Shown: positions 59,284 through 64,000 of the stretch, one piece after another
How positions within the stretch are numbered: the stretch's first letter is position 1
Layout of the letters: the number at the start of each line of letters is the position of its first letter
Origin: Guillardia theta CCMP2712
Lineage: Eukaryota > Protista > Cryptophyta
Length of the DNA: 64,000 nt
Assembly (NCBI RefSeq): GCF_000315625.1
Contig: NW_005434669.1
Location: 757,638-821,637 of the forward strand
Direction of reading: 5' to 3'
Program-made: the position numbers and the translations under genes
The notes under the pieces: model-generated
Databases searched by the model: none
The model's input: the letters and a program-made list of their open reading frames with translations, nothing else
Told to the model about the DNA's origin: nothing

Positions 59284-61797
59284 ATGGCGGGCCGGGTGTT
59301 GATGGTGGCGCTGGTAGCGCTGACGGCAGGGCAGGGACAAGAGACATGGCTGCATCATGACAGAGCGGATCATCCTGCTCCTCCCTTCTGCCAGCCTCTC
59401 CTTCACGCTGAGTGTTCTCTCCGCTCGGAAGAGGCTCCAGCCCTGCCGTGCCTGCGGGTGGTGGGAGGTAGAGGGAAGTTGAAGCAAATGTCGAAGGGGG
59501 CAAAAGTGAGGAGGCAGAAGAAGAAGAAACAAACTCGGAAACAAAAGAGAGAGGATGAAAGAAAGAAGAGAAAGGAGGAGTTTTCTATGGAGCCAGTGAG
59601 GATCGGCGGAGGGCTCGTTCATCCAACGCGCCTTGGAGGAGTTACGAAGGAAGACGTGAAGGAGACCCTGCAGCAGAAGAAACAGCCTCTCAGCAGGATC
59701 AAATCGAGGCTAAAGTTGAAGCAGCCGACCAAGAAAGCCATGGCGGGGGAGATAGGGCACTATCCGCGGAAAGCAAATTTCATGCCGAAGCGTGACAGGA
59801 GGAAACTGAGAAAGTTGCAAGCCTTGCAAGCACTCAAGCAAAGGAAGGACTCCATCGCGGGGCAGAAAAGGCAAGCAAGTCAGGTTGCCGGGAGGAATGA
59901 GGAGGAGGAGGAGGAGGAGGAGTCTTCAGAGTCAAAGGCAGACGGGTCTGAGCAGGCTGTGGCATCGGACGAGAGTTTGTATGAGGGGGACTTTGAAACT
60001 CTTGAGGAGGAGAAAAAGCACAGGGAGATGCTTGCTCGCAGATCGCTTCTTTCCGTGCAAGGCAAGGAGGACAGGCTGCAGAGCTTTGTGTCTCAGCAAT
60101 CAGGTTACCCGCACGGCAAGAAAGGCTTGCATAGGAACCTTACGCCCGAGAACTTGGCTGAAGCTGGTTTCCGGTACCTGCCAGACTGCGCGGGATCTGA
60201 TCAGACAGTTTTTGAGCAGACGGGAGAGCTGTTCAAGGACTGGCAGAAAGATGATGTGCCGATGCAGATCAGCGTTGGTTTGCTCGAGAACATGTACTGG
60301 TCAAAACGATTCTCTTCAACCTCGAGCGAGGTAGCGAGACAGATCGAGTTTACGTACAGAGTGCTGGGGAACACAGAGGAGGCAGAGAGATGGCATCGAA
60401 TCTCACTAGAGGAGGCTCAAGCGAAGCAGGAAGAAGCTGGAGCAGAAGCTCTTTCAAGACCGGAGAGAGCCCTCGCAATCGCCGATGACGTCATCCGTGA
60501 CGCCTTAGCCGAGGATGAGATGGACAAGGTCTTGAAGGAGAACGCTTTGACTTGGAAGCAGCGCGCACAGCAGCTCACGCAGCTTCCGAAACGGGGAAAG
60601 TTTGAGTGGGAGAAGTACATGGAGGGGGATGCTTCCAACGCCATCCCGATGGTCACAAACGAGCATACGGAGGGAAGGGAGAGGAAAGCGAGGCCGATCG
60701 ACCCCCAGGAGTCGATGATGCTCAAGGTAATGAAGGAGGACATTTCTCTATCTGTGAATTTCCGCGAGGAGACGGTGCTGCTCAACAACCTCTCCTTCCC
60801 CCTGCCTACCTCTGCCCCGTGCAAGTTCGACGACTTGGAGGTGGAGGGAGATAGGTTAAATGGTGTGAACTTCTCTCAATCGGGCATGCGAGTTGTCAGG
60901 GTCGATGTCTCTGCACACCCCATCGTCCGCTGGGCCACTAATCTCCTCACGGGAGCCGATAAGCGCAAGAGGAGCAGCTGGAGCCTGCGGGTGGTGAAGA
61001 ACAAGGGAAGGATCGTTGTGGGCTTTCTTGGGAGCAGCCTGCAGTCCTCCTACAACCTTGAGCTGAACTCTGCCGTGAACGGATTCCTGCTCGACAGCAA
61101 CGGGAAGGCGGTGCGAACGTCAGAGGACATCTTGCGCCCTGACAGGCTGGGAGAGAGGCAGATGAATGTGCTCGAGCTTGCAAAGCTCCATCGCAAACTG
61201 GTCACAGGAGAGTGCAGGAGGAACGCGACCGTGATCTCCGTGCGAGAGCCTCCTTCCTCCTCCCCTGATGCCAAGTCGCATCTGGACCTCTCTTTCGGCC
61301 AGGACTCCATCATCGTCCTTACCATCGACCGCCGGAGGCAGCGAGCAAGGATCGACGTTTACAAGTCCCAGCTGCTGGACCATGTGGGAGGGTTGGGACG
61401 TGTGTCCACGGGACGACTCGAGTCGGTCGTCTCCTTCAGGATCCAGGGGGTAGCCAACGACTCTGTGCCGTTCGTGGTCTTGGAGGAGTACGGGGATACT
61501 GTTGACCTGATGACGAGGAGGACCTTCAAGAAGGAGCTTATGCGCATGATCGACCCCTTCTACGTGGGCGGGAGGAAGAGGAGGAAGAGGAGGAGGCTTC
61601 CTCCGGTGGACCGAGAGGACCTGTACGTGGAGCGGGTGAAGGATGCGATAAAGGAAGAGCGGGCTAGAGGTAAGGCTGCAGGCTTGCTCAAACTCTCGCT
61701 GATGTTCTGCTCCGCAGAGAAAGAAAGGATCAGGCAGATCTTGAGGGAGGACGAGAGCAACGAGCCGGGCGACTATCAGTCAGCGTCCTCGGACTGA
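59284..61797 (+). CDS. ~837-aa protein: signal peptide, Lys/Arg-rich region, degenerate BIR-like domain, SPRY-like domain
   Basis: Long single ORF. RLQSF...LTPENLAEAGFRY...D......LFKDWQKDDVP (~60073-60262). WSLRVVKNKGRIVVGF...FGQDSIIVLTIDR...PFVVL. Confidence 0.75.
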   Translation: MAGRVLMVALVALTAGQGQETWLHHDRADHPAPPFCQPLLHAECSLRSEEAPALPCLRVVGGRGKLKQMSKGAKVRRQKKKKQTRKQKREDERKKRKEEFSMEPVRIGGGLVHPTRLGGVTKEDVKETLQQKKQPLSRIKSRLKLKQPTKKAMAGEIGHYPRKANFMPKRDRRKLRKLQALQALKQRKDSIAGQKRQASQVAGRNEEEEEEEESSESKADGSEQAVASDESLYEGDFETLEEEKKHREMLARRSLLSVQGKEDRLQSFVSQQSGYPHGKKGLHRNLTPENLAEAGFRYLPDCAGSDQTVFEQTGELFKDWQKDDVPMQISVGLLENMYWSKRFSSTSSEVARQIEFTYRVLGNTEEAERWHRISLEEAQAKQEEAGAEALSRPERALAIADDVIRDALAEDEMDKVLKENALTWKQRAQQLTQLPKRGKFEWEKYMEGDASNAIPMVTNEHTEGRERKARPIDPQESMMLKVMKEDISLSVNFREETVLLNNLSFPLPTSAPCKFDDLEVEGDRLNGVNFSQSGMRVVRVDVSAHPIVRWATNLLTGADKRKRSSWSLRVVKNKGRIVVGFLGSSLQSSYNLELNSAVNGFLLDSNGKAVRTSEDILRPDRLGERQMNVLELAKLHRKLVTGECRRNATVISVREPPSSSPDAKSHLDLSFGQDSIIVLTIDRRRQRARIDVYKSQLLDHVGGLGRVSTGRLESVVSFRIQGVANDSVPFVVLEEYGDTVDLMTRRTFKKELMRMIDPFYVGGRKRRKRRRLPPVDREDLYVERVKDAIKEERARGKAAGLLKLSLMFCSAEKERIRQILREDESNEPGDYQSASSD

Positions 61798-61939
61798 TAC
61801 GACCGGTGGGCTGCAGTCCGAACAATCTCAGTCACAATCCCCAGCTGGTAGGCTCGGAGGTGCCTCCTAACAAGACCCAGTGTTCCTGGCTGTTTGACAT
61901 GGAGTTGCCTTTCACGGCTCAAGGCCTCAGTTCGATTTT

Positions 61940-64000
61940 ATTCCAACCAGCCTTGAGGGGAACCATGAAAGGTGTCAAGTGAAGACTGGTTGCTGCCAGC
62001 TCAGACCCATCGCTGGTTCGAGTTGTAATGGAACGACTTCTTGCGAATCACGTTCTGACAAAGGAACGTCAGGTCTTGCTCCGTCTCCCCACACACAGTC
62101 ATACATCTTTGCCTTCCTTTTCCCTTCCTTCCCTCCTCCCTTACTCTCAACCTCCCCCCATCGTCCTCTTGTATCTCTGCAGACCTGCCTCTCTCCCCAT
62201 CTCTCCCCTTCGCGTGTCAAGCTCTCCTCTCACCGGGTTGTAGTACGCGGGGCCCGGTGCCACGGTCCTCGCCTTGATGTCCACCTCTCTCTCTGTGCTA
62301 GAGACAAACGCCTGTAGCAGCTGAGTGAGCGAGGAGGAGGAGGAGGAGGAGGATGAGGAGGCGGTGGTGGTGGTGGTGGTGGTGCCTGAGGAGGAGGCGG
62401 TTGATGTGGAGGAGGTAGAGAGACAAGGGCGGAGAGACAGAAGGAAGACTAGGGAAGAGAATAGGAAGGAAGAAGGAAGAGGAGGGAAGAGGAGGAGGGA
62501 AGATAGGAGGGAGAAGGCACAATGGATGAGGAGACGGAGGAGACGGAGAGGAGGGGGAGGAGGAGGAGTAGTCTTACCGACATCGTCGCCTCCACTTTTT
62601 GTGATTGATCCTTGAGCACCTGCCGGGAAAGTGAGGAGAGGAAGCGAGAAGAGCAGCAGGGAAGACAAGAGGCAAGAAACGAGGAAGCAAGGCAAGGTAG
62701 AAACAATAGAAGAAAGCTCGAAAAGAAGGCATACGGAGCTGAGGACAAGGAAAGAAGGGAAACCGGGAAGGAAGAAGAGGAGGGCTGGTAAGAGGAGGAC
62801 GGCAGGTGGATCGTGAAAGGAAAGAGGCGGGGAGAAGGTGGGGAGGATGGGATATACCTCGTAAGCACCCGGACCAGGTGTTGCTTTGTATTTCTCTGCT
62901 GGTTGAGCGAACCTGTGGGAGGAGGATTAAGAGGTGGAGGGAGAGAGAGGAGAGGGAGTGGAGGAGAGGAGGGAAAGAGGAGGAGTGAGCAGATAGAAAA
63001 AACAGATGAAAAAGGGGAGCAGGTAGGAAGAGAATATGGCAAAATGGAAGCAGGATCACGACGAAGAAACGATTGCATTGGAGTAGGCTGAAGAGTTGGA
63101 GAATGAGTTACCGGTCTTGTTTCGATGGGACAAATGTCGCCGAATGTCGGAGCTAGCGCATGAAACTTGTTACTGCCTTCCTCTTCCCTCCTCTCCTCCA
63201 GTAACCATCACCTCTCTCCCCCCTCCTCCGAGCATCACCTTCTGCAACGAGTATTCTTCGGCGGCCCGAGGGTTGTAGTATCCTGGTCCTGGCTGTTTTG
63301 CAGAAGCTGTCACGGGGATAACAAAAGATAAGGGAAGAAAGATAGAGACATCATGAAGCTGCGCAGCATGATAAGGGGGAGGGGAGAAGGAGACGCAGGG
63401 ACGGTCGCGAAGGCTCAAGGCGAGCAGAAGAGAGAGAAAGAGAGCAAACGATATGAGGGAGGCGAAGAATGAGATGAGAATGTAGATAACGAGGAAAACG
63501 ATAGATGGGAGAGGAAGAGGAGGAGGAGGAGGAGGAGGAGGAAGAGGAGGAGGAGGAGGAGGAGGAGGAAGAGGAGGAGGAGGAGGAGGAGGAGGAGGAA
63601 GAGGAGGAGGAGGAGGAGGATCACCATCATCTCCGGTTTCAGTTGGTTGGGCTTGATATCCACATGAATGCCGAGCGATGGCCCGAGGGAAGGATGCGGT
63701 TTGAGAGCGTCAAGAGGATTGTCCTGAGATGAAGTGAGAGGAGGGAGAGAGACGGTAAGGAAGTAAGGGAAGGGGGGAGAGGCTGGAAAGACGTGCGAGG
63801 AAGAAACAGATGAGGAGGAAGAAGAGCAGATTGCAGGGATGGATAGAGGAAGAGATGGGATGGAAGAAAGTGAGTCTGCGAAGCAGCAAATGGAGTTGGC
63901 GAAAGAGGAGGATAAACGAGGAGGAGGGAGCAGGAACGGACCCTGCTTGCCCGCATGTAGTCGAATTTCCTTCCAGTGCGACTTCGAAAGGCAGCACTAG
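61940..64000 (-). CDS. SHIPPO/STPG (sperm-tail PG-rich, ODF3-like) repeat flagellar protein, 5' truncated, multi-exon
   Basis: Exons encoding QPGPGYYNP, TPGPGAYE and APGPAYYNP, separated by long CT-rich introns. Confidence 0.72.
63510..63620 (+). repeat. (GAG/GAA)n trinucleotide tract, intronic
   Basis: Uninterrupted polypurine triplet run. Confidence 0.92.

Overview
Intron-rich eukaryotic nuclear DNA from an alga with a complex (secondary red) plastid. Most likely a cryptophyte such as Guillardia theta; this is inferred from bipartite ASAFAP/DAF plastid leaders, ~50-nt GT-AG introns, GA/CT-microsatellite introns and an RWP-RK cluster. I find about 24 protein genes, with exon models spliced by hand. 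Recognisable ones: pyruvate kinase (3' end), a ~1600-aa Dug3-WD40-Dug2 fusion, an alternative oxidase with a calmodulin-like EF-hand C-terminus, three RWP-RK factors, VPS28, RPS14, a TMEM35/DoxX protein, plastid class II FBA, an Rsa3-domain protein, an ankyrin protein, LAS1, an SDR, a large ePHD-Tudor-LysM-SPRY protein, a bacterial-like amidinotransferase, a signal-peptide/BIR-like/SPRY-like protein and a SHIPPO/STPG protein. The intergenic DNA has a recurrent grammar: TACCC/CACCC-rich tracts oriented with transcription, CCGG/palindrome-rich GC islands, and a dispersed ~38-bp element (consensus CTTTACTCAAAGTTAAGTTAAARATCAGTACGAGGACA, 9 copies). Two independent exact direct-repeat pairs are both spaced 202 bp. 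No rRNA, tRNA or CRISPR was seen.
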